The notes under the pieces: generated by a model | Databases searched by the model: none | Told to the model about the DNA's origin: nothing | What the model saw: only the letters and a program-made list of their open reading frames with translations | From: Trypanosoma brucei | Lineage: Eukaryota | Direction: 5' to 3' | NCBI GenBank assembly: GCA_000002445.1 | Contig: CH464491.1 | Coordinates: 1,856,001 to 1,920,000 of the forward strand | DNA length: 64,000 nucleotides | In this document: positions 11,703-22,186 of the stretch, in pieces | Layout of the letters: the number at the start of each line of letters is the position of its first letter | Position numbering within the stretch: the first letter of the stretch is position 1 | Position numbers and translations under genes: made by a program

Positions 11703-12101
11703 TCAGTCAACCCATCGCCGCGCGCCAGACATGTTTGGTACCTTCCATCCTTCCTGATGCTGCCAAAAGTGATGTGGTGTTCCACCCGAGTTGTTGTAGA
11801 AGAAATGCTTTGGGGTGCCAGGAGGTACCTCCTTCATCAACGGAAGGGGAATCCCAAAGAAGAGATCATACACGACACACGCCACAAAGGTAAAAATTGG
11901 TGCTCGGTAGAAAAGCCACTCAAAAGGAATTTGAAAAGGCCATCCAAGGGCATGCTTAGTCAGGTAAAACCCACCGGCAGTGGGTGCAGTAGAAATCTGT
12001 TTGGGTGCCTCCCGATAGGGAAACGTTCGCTTTGGAACGCCATGAGGATATAGTGCCTTCACATCAAATCCGCTAAATCTCAACCCCGAACGACTGACCA
12101 T
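11703..12101 (-). CDS. Small hypothetical protein with one predicted TM helix (possible organellar/respiratory accessory subunit)
   Basis: 132-aa ORF co-oriented with the gene array and sitting in an otherwise 2.1 kb gene gap. Protein-like composition and a hydrophobic segment YRAPIFTFVACVVYDLFFGIPLPL. The overlapping plus-strand ORF is less protein-like. Confidence 0.35.
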   Translation of the reverse strand: MVSRSGLRFSGFDVKALYPHGVPKRTFPYREAPKQISTAPTAGGFYLTKHALGWPFQIPFEWLFYRAPIFTFVACVVYDLFFGIPLPLMKEVPPGTPKHFFYNNSGGTPHHFWQHQEGWKVPNMSGARRWVD

Positions 12102-12370
12102 GGTTAATCTACAGCACGAAGTGTTGTAGCCTAACTAAGCGGGAAACCTAGTGCATGTATAAGAAAACGTTAACAAGATAAACAATGGCATTAACTTAGG
12201 AATTGTGCAAAGTTCGAAGAGCCACAAGGTTAGCCACACGTGGCCGCCGCACAAGCGGAAAAACATAGCGCTTCGTCTCTGTGATCCTATACATGGTACG
12301 ACCCCCGCAAGCTGTTACAAAGCTCTCCATAGGCATTTTCGTGCAACAAGAAATCCCTCTGCAGCACCTG

Positions 12371-13594
12371 TTAATGCCTATCTGCAAGGAAGCGTCGGCC
12401 CCTAATAGCTTTCAATACCTCCACTCTGAGATTCAGTACGGCCTGCAGGGACTCTGCGCACTGAATTGGTTCTGCTTCACCACACGCAACAAGTTGCGGC
12501 CTGGCGTTAATGATTTCTGAAGTTAACCTGAACTCTTCTTCAGCTCTGTTTATGTCTTTCTGCAGAAGAAAACAGCTTCCCAAATTCAGGGGCAGCCATG
12601 GGTCGTATTTGAGCTTGTCGGTGCCCTCCGCCATCAAACTCTGAAAATCCACAATAGCAGCCTTAAGGAGTTCCTCTTCGTATGCCCGTTGGTCCACTGC
12701 TGCTAGTTCACCAAGCACCTCCGACTTCACATCATCCAAAGATTTCAGAGCTGGCAGAACAACAGAGGCGCCGTCACAACGTTTTGTGGCAGCAGGCTGG
12801 GAACTTTCCTCATCGTCATACTTCCAACTAGACTCAACAATACGCAGTGCAAGACATGCCCGACGCAGCTGAGCATAGTGGTACTCCTCCTTCACCCTCA
12901 GAGCGGATGAGTACGCTTGCAATGCCTCCTTTAATAGGCCTTGCTCTTCATATGCCCTTCCTAGGTTAGCCCACGCGTAGTAATTGGCTTCGTTCAATCG
13001 TATCGCCGTTTTAAAGTCATTAACGCACTGATTGAACTCCGAAGAAAGGAGACGAAGACCAGGTACACGTGTGCTCAAGATACATAAGCCTCTGTGATTA
13101 TATGCGTGGTCATTGTCAGGCTCTACATTGATAATTGAACTGTAATCTACGAAGGCGGAAGACCAATTTGATGAAGCCACGTAGCTTGCTGCACGTGCCT
13201 CCATAGCTCTAATATTTAGTGGATCTTTCTCCAGGCACTGGGAATAACGCTCGATTGCTTTTTCATATTCCTCTTGACCACGAAGGCACTCCCCGAGTAG
13301 GAAATAAGCAACTGTGTTTTCCTCGTATATCTCTATCGCTGCCTCCAAAGCTACCATTGCCTTTACATAATTCGGTTGTGCGTTCCTACCTGTCGGTTCC
13401 AGCAATGAGAGGCCTTCGTCGCACTTTTCGTGAGAAGATTTTATCCGAGCTTCTAACAGCTTTCTCTCCTTGCGCCTGGCTCTCCGCTCCTTACTCGACT
13501 TCGAGCGCTTTGCCATTGTATAATTTCTGGTGAGGTGGGAGAGACATCCAAAATAAAAGGGGGACATTGGCTCAAAACACACAGAGACGTACAC
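12371..13594 (-). CDS. TPR-repeat protein (probable true start MAKRSK... near 13516)
   Basis: Several 34-aa TPR units: AYFLLGECLRGQEEYEKAIERYSQCLEKDP, AYNHRGLCILS, AWANLGRAYEEQGLLKEALQAYSSALRV. Only about 220 bp separate it from the capping-enzyme gene. Confidence 0.7.
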   Translation of the reverse strand: MYVSVCFEPMSPFYFGCLSHLTRNYTMAKRSKSSKERRARRKERKLLEARIKSSHEKCDEGLSLLEPTGRNAQPNYVKAMVALEAAIEIYEENTVAYFLLGECLRGQEEYEKAIERYSQCLEKDPLNIRAMEARAASYVASSNWSSAFVDYSSIINVEPDNDHAYNHRGLCILSTRVPGLRLLSSEFNQCVNDFKTAIRLNEANYYAWANLGRAYEEQGLLKEALQAYSSALRVKEEYHYAQLRRACLALRIVESSWKYDDEESSQPAATKRCDGASVVLPALKSLDDVKSEVLGELAAVDQRAYEEELLKAAIVDFQSLMAEGTDKLKYDPWLPLNLGSCFLLQKDINRAEEEFRLTSEIINARPQLVACGEAEPIQCAESLQAVLNLRVEVLKAIRGRRFLADRH

Positions 13595-13815
13595 ATTTTC
13601 ATATACAATAATTCAGTGCGGAATATGTCCGTTAGAGTGGGTTTTTGCGATCCCCTAAGGAAAAGCCACCACGAGTTTGCACTCATGCGCTTACGTAACG
13701 AAAGTTAATGTGCTAAAACGAAAGGGGAAAAATCTACAAAACTTTAGCGAAACCTTTAGATGTTAAAGCACACAGATGCATGTAAAAAAAAAAATAATAA
13801 CGCTAATTAGAATTA

Positions 13816-16800
13816 TTAATCCCTGTTAAGGTCAACGTTTTGTGTCGGAACTATACCCGCTTGTGCGTTACCCTCTTTGCGAAATGCAATCGCCCTCATT
13901 GCAAGCAGGTAGTCTTTCTCGCCGGACGAAATTGTTTTATTGAAGCCACGGTCATTATCCAAAATCCCTTGGAATGTTGAGCAAGCCTTGGGAACAACAA
14001 CAAGTCCACACTCCCGCCCTACAGCAACGAGAAAATCAACCGGAACGACGTTGACTTTTTTGAAATGACCCTTCTGCACCGAAAGCAGAAAGTGATTTCC
14101 CACCCTTGGTAAGAAATCTGCGGCCCACTCAATCGCAAAAACACCGTTACCAAAACTGCCTTTAGCAAATAATGGCTCAACATCGAAGAAGCAACCTATA
14201 AATACCCCACCGGGAATTAGGGCATTGGCCACGCTTTCGATAAGCCGCATCGCGGTGTACTCTGTTCCGAATGCATGATGAAATCCGGCAAACGCAGTTA
14301 TGACATGAAATTGTCTTGGGTGGATCTTCGTCAAGTGGTGACTCCAAAAGTTTGCAGAGAACACATCGGCACAGATAACGTCATAAAATGACATCTCTGT
14401 CATTTCATGGCGTAATGAAGAAATGAGCTCGCTCGCAGCATCCACGACACTCGACTTCAAATCGAAACCAATGTACCGAGCCGTTTTGTTCCTTATCCAT
14501 TTTCTTAAAAGGTATCCCCCACAGCAAATCTCAAGCACGTCATTCGTGGCCACCTTAGGAGTTATTATATCTATGAGTAAAGATGCGCACCGGGTTAAGA
14601 CATGGGTTGCAAACGATGCATTTTCCGGTGGGGGGGCCAAATATCCAATTTCTGCTTTCAAGTTAGTAGCAGAAAATGTGCCCCAACAGTTATCACAATA
14701 GAAGTGTTGGTTTAGGGTGTCATTCTTTCCCATAACACAGAACCGACCACAGTATAGACAATCCCCATGGCCTGTTTCGCTCCAGCACTTTTTGCACCAA
14801 TACGCCATGTGCTTCACGTTCATTCTTCCTACGTCACTTACGTTATGACACCTTCCACACCTGTATTTGGCAGCGTCAAGTAGCCACAGCATTTCCTTAT
14901 GCGTCAATCCAGGCACATGAACAAGTCTCTCAACGATGTCGAACGTATCTGGCTGGTACCCCATATCCGGACCACGGCCCCGAAGCAACTCCCACCAATG
15001 AGAACCATCGTCACTTCGCTTTAGGACGCATTCGATGACGGAGCCGCTCCTAAGCTCGGGGGCAGAGTCCCATATATAGTCAACATATTCATTGTTATAA
15101 GACATGGTATTCTTACCGCTGTCAGCCACAAGAAGCCACGCCCGTTTTACATCTCCACTCTCTGGATGGACATTTTCAACGTCACCAACAATAAACACCG
15201 CAGTTGTCGAGGATGTAGGGATCCAGCTATAAACCGAGGTATCTTTCTCTTTGCAGTTGGTAACGTGAGGCACAAAAACTAAGCCCAATGTTGGATGTCC
15301 TGCCGGTGGGTTTCTAAGTAAGCGCTCAGCTTGAGTTGAAACGGTATATATTGTCCGGACAATGGCAACCCGATTGGGGCTCGTGTGTGGACGGCTTGCG
15401 TAATTGTCAAGCAAACACTTTTCCACGTAAAACCACCGCTCTGGAAAGGGTAGCTCTCGCACGTCAGCTTCTTCAAAAGATAGAATATCCTCCACTATTA
15501 TGACATAATCCAGGTAACTTCGGTAGGAAGAAGCAACGACAGCAGAAAAAACGCTATTTTTCGCCCTTCCACCCAGCCCCCGAAAGTAATCTGGAAGTGC
15601 AGAAATGCTTCCCGTCTTAACGTCTACACAAAAAACATCCCCCTCGCTATTTGTAATCAGTAGTACATTTGCTCCCACGGTCTTACTCCGTACATAGTAC
15701 GGGTATTTGGAAAATTCTTCTGCTGCCGCAGCAAACGTCATTCTGTTGAGTGGGACTGGGACACAATTAACAGGAAGCCACTTCTCCGCTATTTTGTGAG
15801 CGTATTCGTATTGAGCAAACGTAATGGACCTTCTGAAGTGCTGGGGAACATAACCAAAGCAAGTGCTCGACATGTCGAATGACCGACCCGCAGCCAGCAC
15901 ATAGTTTAGCGTCGCATTCAAAAACCAACCGTCTGCTTCCGTGCACAGCGTCACACCAAATTCCTTTCGCAACGTTGTATCGCTCACACAAACACCCGAA
16001 ACGCTGGCTGCCGTATCATCACACAGATCCCCAACGAATGCCAGCATATCAAACACTGGACAAACTAACGTCCCTACGTGGTGAGAATAATCGATATTAA
16101 TGTTAACATGAACAACAGTTGGCTTCGGCCAGTCATTTTGTTCCTTCAGAAGTGACAAAAAATGTGTTTCGTATTCTTTTAAACTGGATAATGTACGTGA
16201 AACATCACATGGATACAAAGAAACAAAAAATGACCGATCAGGCTTGCCATCTGATAGCAACTTCTTGCTTGCATCATCCCCTATCGAGACAACCACGGTG
16301 AGAGGAACTTGCATGCTACAAGCAAATGATGCTACGGCATTTACCTCTGTAATACGGAGGGGATGAAAGTTAATTCCCAATAGAGCCGTCTGGAAAAAGT
16401 GAACATCTTCCGGTTGCGGGATGATTATCGACACAAAAAAGTAGTGGCGGTGGGTGCCAGCGTATCGCCTACTTGATGATGTTCCACAGAAAGATCCCAC
16501 GTAACCCACCGCCAAAACCCGAGGATCCTCTCGAAGTGTCCAGAAGTAGTCGTCCCAAGCAGCTTTCAGCTGAGGTGCAACCTCAGCACCGCACTCCTTA
16601 GGAACCTCAACACGAACCAGAAAACCAGGTGCCGCGCTAATGGCACATATGTCGGACACAGTGCCTGTAAGTGACAAAATGGAGCGGGATAGTAGAATTC
16701 CAGTTGGTGCCTCGGTGCCAGAACAATATCCAGCATTCTTCACATTACTGAAGAATGTGGTAGTAAATACCTGTAAAGCATCATCGCCTGGGCCTCCGTG

Positions 16801-16989
16801 GGAATAACTACAGAGTAACCTCTTCGTTAAGAGTTGAAATAATCCACTTGTTTCTTCGGATTCTTTCGTAGCATCATATTTTCTGATGGTTGGTAACATT
16901 AAAAGATACCGGTAAAAATTGCTCCTGTGCGGTGCTCCGTGATCTCCAGCGGCTTGGGGGACGAAGGACCTGGCATTTGCGTTCAACAT
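13816..16989 (-). CDS. CGM1: Bifunctional mRNA/SL-RNA capping enzyme: N-terminal guanylyltransferase-like domain plus C-terminal cap guanine-N7 methyltransferase (TbCgm1-like)
   Basis: 1057 aa. C-terminal cap-N7 MTase motifs: ICCGGYLLRKW, YIGFDLKSSVVDAASE, FHVITAFAGFHHAFGTEY, LIPGGVFIGCFFD, FGNGVFAIEW. N-terminal nucleotidyltransferase-like motifs: YYVRSKTVGANVLLIT (motif I-like) and SHWWELLRGRGPD (motif VI-like). The two domains are separated by a Cys-rich CxxC cluster. Size and architecture match the kinetoplastid-specific Cgm1 described for T. brucei. Confidence 0.8.
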   Translation of the reverse strand: MLNANARSFVPQAAGDHGAPHRSNFYRYLLMLPTIRKYDATKESEETSGLFQLLTKRLLCSYSHGGPGDDALQVFTTTFFSNVKNAGYCSGTEAPTGILLSRSILSLTGTVSDICAISAAPGFLVRVEVPKECGAEVAPQLKAAWDDYFWTLREDPRVLAVGYVGSFCGTSSSRRYAGTHRHYFFVSIIIPQPEDVHFFQTALLGINFHPLRITEVNAVASFACSMQVPLTVVVSIGDDASKKLLSDGKPDRSFFVSLYPCDVSRTLSSLKEYETHFLSLLKEQNDWPKPTVVHVNINIDYSHHVGTLVCPVFDMLAFVGDLCDDTAASVSGVCVSDTTLRKEFGVTLCTEADGWFLNATLNYVLAAGRSFDMSSTCFGYVPQHFRRSITFAQYEYAHKIAEKWLPVNCVPVPLNRMTFAAAAEEFSKYPYYVRSKTVGANVLLITNSEGDVFCVDVKTGSISALPDYFRGLGGRAKNSVFSAVVASSYRSYLDYVIIVEDILSFEEADVRELPFPERWFYVEKCLLDNYASRPHTSPNRVAIVRTIYTVSTQAERLLRNPPAGHPTLGLVFVPHVTNCKEKDTSVYSWIPTSSTTAVFIVGDVENVHPESGDVKRAWLLVADSGKNTMSYNNEYVDYIWDSAPELRSGSVIECVLKRSDDGSHWWELLRGRGPDMGYQPDTFDIVERLVHVPGLTHKEMLWLLDAAKYRCGRCHNVSDVGRMNVKHMAYWCKKCWSETGHGDCLYCGRFCVMGKNDTLNQHFYCDNCWGTFSATNLKAEIGYLAPPPENASFATHVLTRCASLLIDIITPKVATNDVLEICCGGYLLRKWIRNKTARYIGFDLKSSVVDAASELISSLRHEMTEMSFYDVICADVFSANFWSHHLTKIHPRQFHVITAFAGFHHAFGTEYTAMRLIESVANALIPGGVFIGCFFDVEPLFAKGSFGNGVFAIEWAADFLPRVGNHFLLSVQKGHFKKVNVVPVDFLVAVGRECGLVVVPKACSTFQGILDNDRGFNKTISSGEKDYLLAMRAIAFRKEGNAQAGIVPTQNVDLNRD

Positions 16990-17749
16990 TGCTACCGCTT
17001 ACTTACTTTCCCCTTTTAAACTTATCCACTCCGATCTAACCTTTGATTTTTTTTAAAAAAACCGACACCGTTATCGTTTTCCCCTTACTAACAGTATGAA
17101 GGTAAAGAAGGTGGACTGCATAATTTTGAAATAACGTGGCGACGAAAACGAACAAGCTCCCAATATATAATGGATATTCATCACAAGGAGGAGAAATTGT
17201 ACCCAGATGTAAGCAGCGGTCAATGTCCACGAGCGCAAGGGCAGCAACTACCTGTCCTTTAAATAATGAGGATCTGCGTGTACTCTTCGGCGGCAAGGGA
17301 GCAAGCACAGCTCCGACACACCAAGGGAATAGCTCGCATAACCGGTTACGTGCGCTAGTGTACTGCCTAAGGTAGACAGAGTTTTCCACACAGAAAAAAA
17401 GAGTATGGGCTTAGAATAACCTCACCGTGGGGTGACTTAGGGAAATCAGGAGGCACCACAAACACCGACAAAACTTCGCGTATTTACTCGGCCGCAAGGC
17501 GCACAAGACCACCACTAGCCCAACCGTTGAAGTGGATCAAGCCAACTCAAGAGTCTTGAATAGCGAAACAAGCAACGTAGCCATAACACGGGCAGTTTCC
17601 TTCGCCGCCGCTCCGGGAGAAGGGTATAAAGTAGCCGCAGTAAAAACCCGACACTGGCAAAACCAGAGACGCATCCCCGGCTTCTGCAAACCTTAAAGGG
17701 AGACCGAAGGGTGCGGGGCGTAGAAATCCAGCACATACATATACGACCA

Positions 17750-18000
17750 CCCACCTGTACCCCGACTCACAAGCGGTCCAAAACATCACAACGTCGCGCT
17801 CTGCTGTCCTGAACACTCGGTAACACACACTTCCCCGCCAACGAATACCCACCCCGCGCGAGTCAACCACCGCACCAACTCACACAATGAAGCAGCAGCA
17901 ACACGCTTCCAGGTCAGCCAATCGGTGGGCACGCGGACCCTCAGAACACACCCATCACCCCAAATACGCTGGCCACACGGAGCTGCACCACTCGGACGCT
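17750..18000 (-). promoter_or_regulatory. GT-rich (sense-strand) tract: candidate Pol II transcription start region for the downstream minus-strand gene array
   Basis: The plus strand is strongly CA/C-rich here (cacacacttccccgccaacgaatacccaccccgcgcgagtcaaccaccgcaccaactcacaca...), so the transcribed minus strand is GT-rich. GT-rich elements have been described at T. brucei Pol II start regions. The tract lies between the tRNA and the first gene of the downstream array. Confidence 0.3.
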
Positions 18001-18461
18001 CACTCAGCACCGAAACGGCCGCACCAAGAATGCGTAGATTTTTGTTTGTTACTGCGCGTGTTTTGGAAGTGCGCACAGGGGGTCCGTCTCTCGAGTCAGT
18101 ATCTCAGTAAAGAATCGGCTGTACGGGCTTCGGGGAGTTGAAACCACCGCCCTTCCACCTCAACACAAGCCTGGTGGTGAAGCAAGCTGCTGGCGCTCGA
18201 CTTTCCCCTTCTATCGCAGGTTAGTGAACTCAGGCAGCGGCACCAAGGATGGAAAAGAAGCAACATCTTCCCCCTTTCTTCAAAATGTATTCCTTCAAGG
18301 ATCGACAACTTGCCACGCTGCAGATCCTGCGGGTCAAACGGACGGTGAATAAAGGAAAGTGGGATATACTTCCCTAACGGACTTTGTTGCCTGGCCCCTT
18401 TTTCGCCCATCTTTTTCGATTTTTTTTTTTGGAAGCAAAAACGGATGCAAAAAAAAAAAAA

Positions 18462-18530
18462 CAGGTTGGAACTCGCGGGCACCGAGACATTCGAAAAGGG
18501 GAAAGATGTTTTGCCAGCAGATACCGAAAA
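18462..18530 (-). ncRNA. Candidate divergent Pol III small RNA gene upstream of tRNA-Gly (identity unknown)
   Basis: On the minus strand a T13 run (A13 on plus, 18449-18461) lies about 150 nt upstream of the tRNA 5' end. A second oligo-T run on the plus strand (T11, 18420-18430) faces it. Trypanosomatid snRNA/7SL genes characteristically sit about 95-100 bp upstream of, and divergent from, a tRNA whose A/B boxes act as their promoter. The predicted transcript, GGCAAAACAUCUUUCCCCUUUUCGAAUGUCUCGGUGCCCGCGAGUUCCAACCUG-Un, contains a hairpin ACAU...AUGU. No known snRNA could be matched from memory. Confidence 0.2.
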
Positions 18531-18611
18531 TATCCTCAGAGGTCGAAATCCGCTACTGAGCACTTTCCTCCAAATATAATGACGAGAATTATCTTCGCTG
18601 CTGCGCCTGCC

Positions 18612-18682
18612 GCGCCGTTGGTCTAGTGGCATGATGGTACCCTCCCAAGGTATTGACCCGGGTTCGATTCCCGGACGGCGCA
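18612..18682 (+). tRNA. tRNA-Gly (anticodon CCC)
   Basis: 71-nt cloverleaf folded by hand. Acceptor stem GCGCCGT/ACGGCGC. Anticodon stem GTACC/GGTAT with loop CTCCCAA (anticodon CCC). T arm CCGGG-TTCGATT-CCCGG. The B box GGTTCGATTCC and the A-box-like TGGTCTAGTGG are present. It is antisense to the surrounding minus-strand gene arrays. Confidence 0.9.
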
Positions 18683-18684
18683 TC

Positions 18685-18689
18685 TTTTT
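18685..18689 (+). terminator. Pol III oligo-T terminator of tRNA-Gly
   Basis: A TTTTT run begins 3 nt after the discriminator base. Confidence 0.6.
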
Positions 18690-20151
18690 CGCGTCACTCC
18701 TCTTTTCGAGCCTTCAACCGGATTGTGCGGCTTTTCTATCCACACCTCGAAAATGTATGGCGAACGCTGTCGCCACCATCTTCCCAAACGTATGAACGGG
18801 AAAAACAACCAAACAACCAACATATGAGAGTCGCTTCCTCCACTCCACAATTACGGCCCCTTCCGCACATTTCGCTTGCGGAATCGCCAAACAGCACACC
18901 ACCAGCGTCTATCCCAGACCTTTCCAGCCCATCGTTTTCTCATTCAAGGTATATCGGCATTGTTCCCATACTCTGCCTGTGGCACCCTGCTTGGTGCCAT
19001 GTTCCTTAGCGTACTCGCAAGCCGCTATCTCTATCTTGTAGCAACCACCAGTGCATTCAGCTTTTCGGGCAGTTTAAAATTTTCAATTGCCATCTTCCGC
19101 CGAGCCACGCGTTCCGCGCGACGAATACTCTTTCTTGGGCACAGGAGGGTGTGGAAAAAGAGAGTTCCAATGGGGAGGCAGTGAATTCCGAAGAATGCAA
19201 AGCCAATGGCATGGTTGTGTAGGCGCGAACACCGTCTTTATCGATGGAGATGGCATTGCAACCATTTCCCCCTTACGTGAAGATGGAATAGCGGGGAGGC
19301 CCCTACAGACACCATATTAACGCCAAGGTGGCGCCTATAGCCTCGTCATTGTGCTTGGCTCTTGCGCTCTTTCAAGGGTGAGGCCAAGCGCCGGGGTGCT
19401 TCCTAAATATTTGCATTTGAAGCGTGCAGGTGCTCAACAGCCACTAGGCAAGTGGAAAGAAACGATGGCATCGGCTCTCGGGAGAGAGTGCGGTTGCCTT
19501 TCAGCCATGCTGAGCTTATGGGCCTGCTTCTTCAGGTGCCTGTCCGCTGCTGTTATTATTTAGGGCGAAAGTCAGGCGGAGCTTAGGTTCGATTCTCAGT
19601 GGATAGCAATGGAATGCCTCTTGCCCCTTTCAGAAGAAAGACCGAGCTCTGGCAAGGCACCTGCTGCGATGCCGGGGCTGTTTTTTGCACTTTTTGTGAA
19701 GCGTATTTGGTCCTGAAGAAGGAAAGACACGTTAGCAGCAAGACCAAAAAATATCAGAACAACCAAAGGCCTTCAAAAGAAGGGGACGTGTCCGCACCCT
19801 TTTTTTTAAAAAAAAGAGAAAAAGGATAAATGCCTCAAAGCCTGCAACAAATTGGAGGGTGCAAAAGAACATCTGCTAAATCAATGCTTGGCCGGGGGGG
19901 GGGTAGAAGGGCACGCCCGTCCAAGCCTATTTTCAAAAACCAGTTGCCGTTGCGAAACCAACGCTGGTTACCATGTTCCACGCAAGGCCCGATGACAACG
20001 GGCGCGGATGCAAAGACAGTGGGCTATGATATCTATTCAAAAGCCCAAAGCTGCGCCGCTGACTCCGTTGTGAAACGGCGCTTGGAATGGGAAACATGAC
20101 TCGCTAACGAATGGGTAGGCGACAAGAAAGTCGCCACACTGTAAACCATAC

Positions 20152-20191
20152 CCGGCGCCGAGCGTGAAAAAATATAAAAGTGAGGCGCCGG
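20152..20191. repeat. Perfect 8-bp GC inverted repeat (hairpin) with A-rich 24-nt loop
   Basis: ccggcgcc-gagcgtgaaaaaatataaaagtga-ggcgccgg. Confidence 0.7.
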
Positions 20192-22140
20192 TCTGGAGTT
20201 CGAAACCGAACCGAAGTAGTAACCGCCGTTAAATAAAGCTCGAAGCAAGCATCCGTAGGGACAGCTATTGAGTCCGTTTGTGCCGTCATAGACGTCTACT
20301 ATTCGCATGGAATAGCACCGATTGGGCAACTCGGCGGCAAATATGCGTCTAGGAAGTTCATCCACGGTTTTTAATATTACCGTAGGATGACGGATGGGAT
20401 GGGCAACGCAATTTCCCCCTCAATCCGCATGGAATCAATGAAAGCAACTGGCGAAGGAAATGAGTTGGTGCCATCTTTCTGGATTCAAGAAATGCCGGAT
20501 ATGGAAGCAGATGCTGAAAATTGTGCGAATTGCAGGAAAAAGGGAACAAAAATTTGCAAAGCTAAAACAAGTGCTGAAGGAGGTGGCCGCAGAACAATGG
20601 AGGAGGTAAGGGCTAGAAACAGAATTCAAAAAATAAATCAAGGGACCGGAACCTGATAAACTCGCTGCTTGTTCTGAGGTTGTTGAGCACGCCCATTGTA
20701 GTGACTAATGGTCTGAGGTTATCAAAGAATCAGCGGGCGATTGAGCTCTGGGATACATGGAAGGGAAACCGAGAGAATACGATACGAATGGCATCACGGG
20801 CGTTATTGCTTGGAGCAGCGGGGAGGTTTTAGGTCCATACCATTTGCCATGGTAGAGTTCAAACTAGTGTTTGGTGAATTCCCCACCGGCATCGCTTCTG
20901 GTTGGAAAAAAAAACAAACAAACATAAGGAGGGATTGTAGAAACTTGGCAACAACACGGGCACTCGCAGCAGTGATCTATAACTTGTGCTGGAAACAAAA
21001 CCTGATACCGCAGCTGCTGCGCAGAAGAGCATCATTTCTTTTTCATTGAATCCAAACAAACCAAAAAGAAAGGGGTGATGCCCCTCCGTTTTCCAACCGC
21101 AGCAGGTAAGGATCCGCAGACTGAAGGATAGAGAAATTTCAAGCATGTCGAGATTACCCTCTTCAGACAAGGCCAGCGAGCTTCAGACGTGGACTCTCAG
21201 CATTAGACGTCAGAGCGTGACCACCTGCTTTAATAAACAGAGGGGGGGGGGAGGAACGAGAGAAAGCGGTTACTGTGTTTATTGATTATCCCCGATGGGT
21301 TGGCACAGTGTAACGTGACTGCGTCATCGCGGCACTAAATCGCTACAAAGTGGTTCCGTTCCTGACGGAATGGAAGAGACGGTTCCTCCCCAATTCTGAG
21401 GTCAACATGGGGGCGAACAACACGCAGTCAAAAACTAGGCCATTTTAACATGCGGCGGTGCTGCGGGGATCTGCCCTGCGGTGAGCGCCGTCTCTCGTCG
21501 CGATGAAATCCCTACGCAAACGGTTGAATAAAGCTTACGAAACTAGTCATGATTTCCTTTCGAACGGCTTCATCACCTTTGGCACACACACAGATTTTAA
21601 AAAAGAAATGTCGAGGACACCCCTGAGCAGGGAGTTGGCCGTCACCCCCAGTGGTCTAGAGAGCACCATGCTCAGTTGCCTGAGAAAACGGAATATGCAT
21701 ACTTTGGGGCCAGGCATCTTTGCACCCTCAACTTCCACATAAATAACAAAACAAATAATGAAAAGGAAAGGCCCCAAATTACCGGGGATTCCATGCAGCT
21801 GGAAGGGGGGATGTGACCCCACACGCCCAAACTGCGGGAGATAAAATCGACAAAGTTGACCCCGCGTTTTAGGCATCCCTATTGGAGCCCCTCGTGGGCG
21901 GAGAAAAATTCGACCACTCGCTTCTAGCGCAAAAGGTTGATGCGCCACAACAATATTTGTACGAATGGCTCCGATCCCCCACGCCTCACACGTCTACTCT
22001 ATGAAATTACCTTTGTTTTGTCGGAATTCATCATTGCGGCGCGGCCGAACGCACGACGCAACAGCCGTTGTTGGACAAGTTGCACCGGGTGAGTGGCTAC
22101 GAAACGCGCAAACGACCAAACAACCCTCTTGGGCCTTTTT

Positions 22141-22186
22141 GTTATTATTATTACTATTATTATTATTATTATTACTATTTTTTTGG
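22141..22186. repeat. (TTA/TAT)n trinucleotide microsatellite followed by T/G homopolymers
   Basis: gttattattattactattattattattattattactatttttttgggggg. Confidence 0.9.

Noticed and set aside
17036-17389. 117-aa minus-strand ORF just downstream of the Cgm1 gene region
   Set aside because: Lies in the putative promoter/leader region, starts at a non-ATG in the track and has no domain signal. Not enough support.
18462-18530. Naming the divergent small-RNA candidate as U5 snRNA because of a CCUUUUCG loop resembling the U5 loop-1 CCUUUUAC
   Set aside because: The loop differs at several invariant positions, no Sm-site-like element was seen, and internal T4 runs might terminate Pol III earlier. 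Kept only as an unnamed low-confidence candidate.
19561-19612. tRNA-like T-loop motif GGTTCGATTC at about 19587-19596, suggesting a second tRNA
   Set aside because: I could not fold flanking sequence into an acceptor/T-stem/anticodon cloverleaf. T-stem pairing is poor (ttagg vs ctcag) and no matching 5' half was found. Possibly a tRNA-derived fragment, but not callable.
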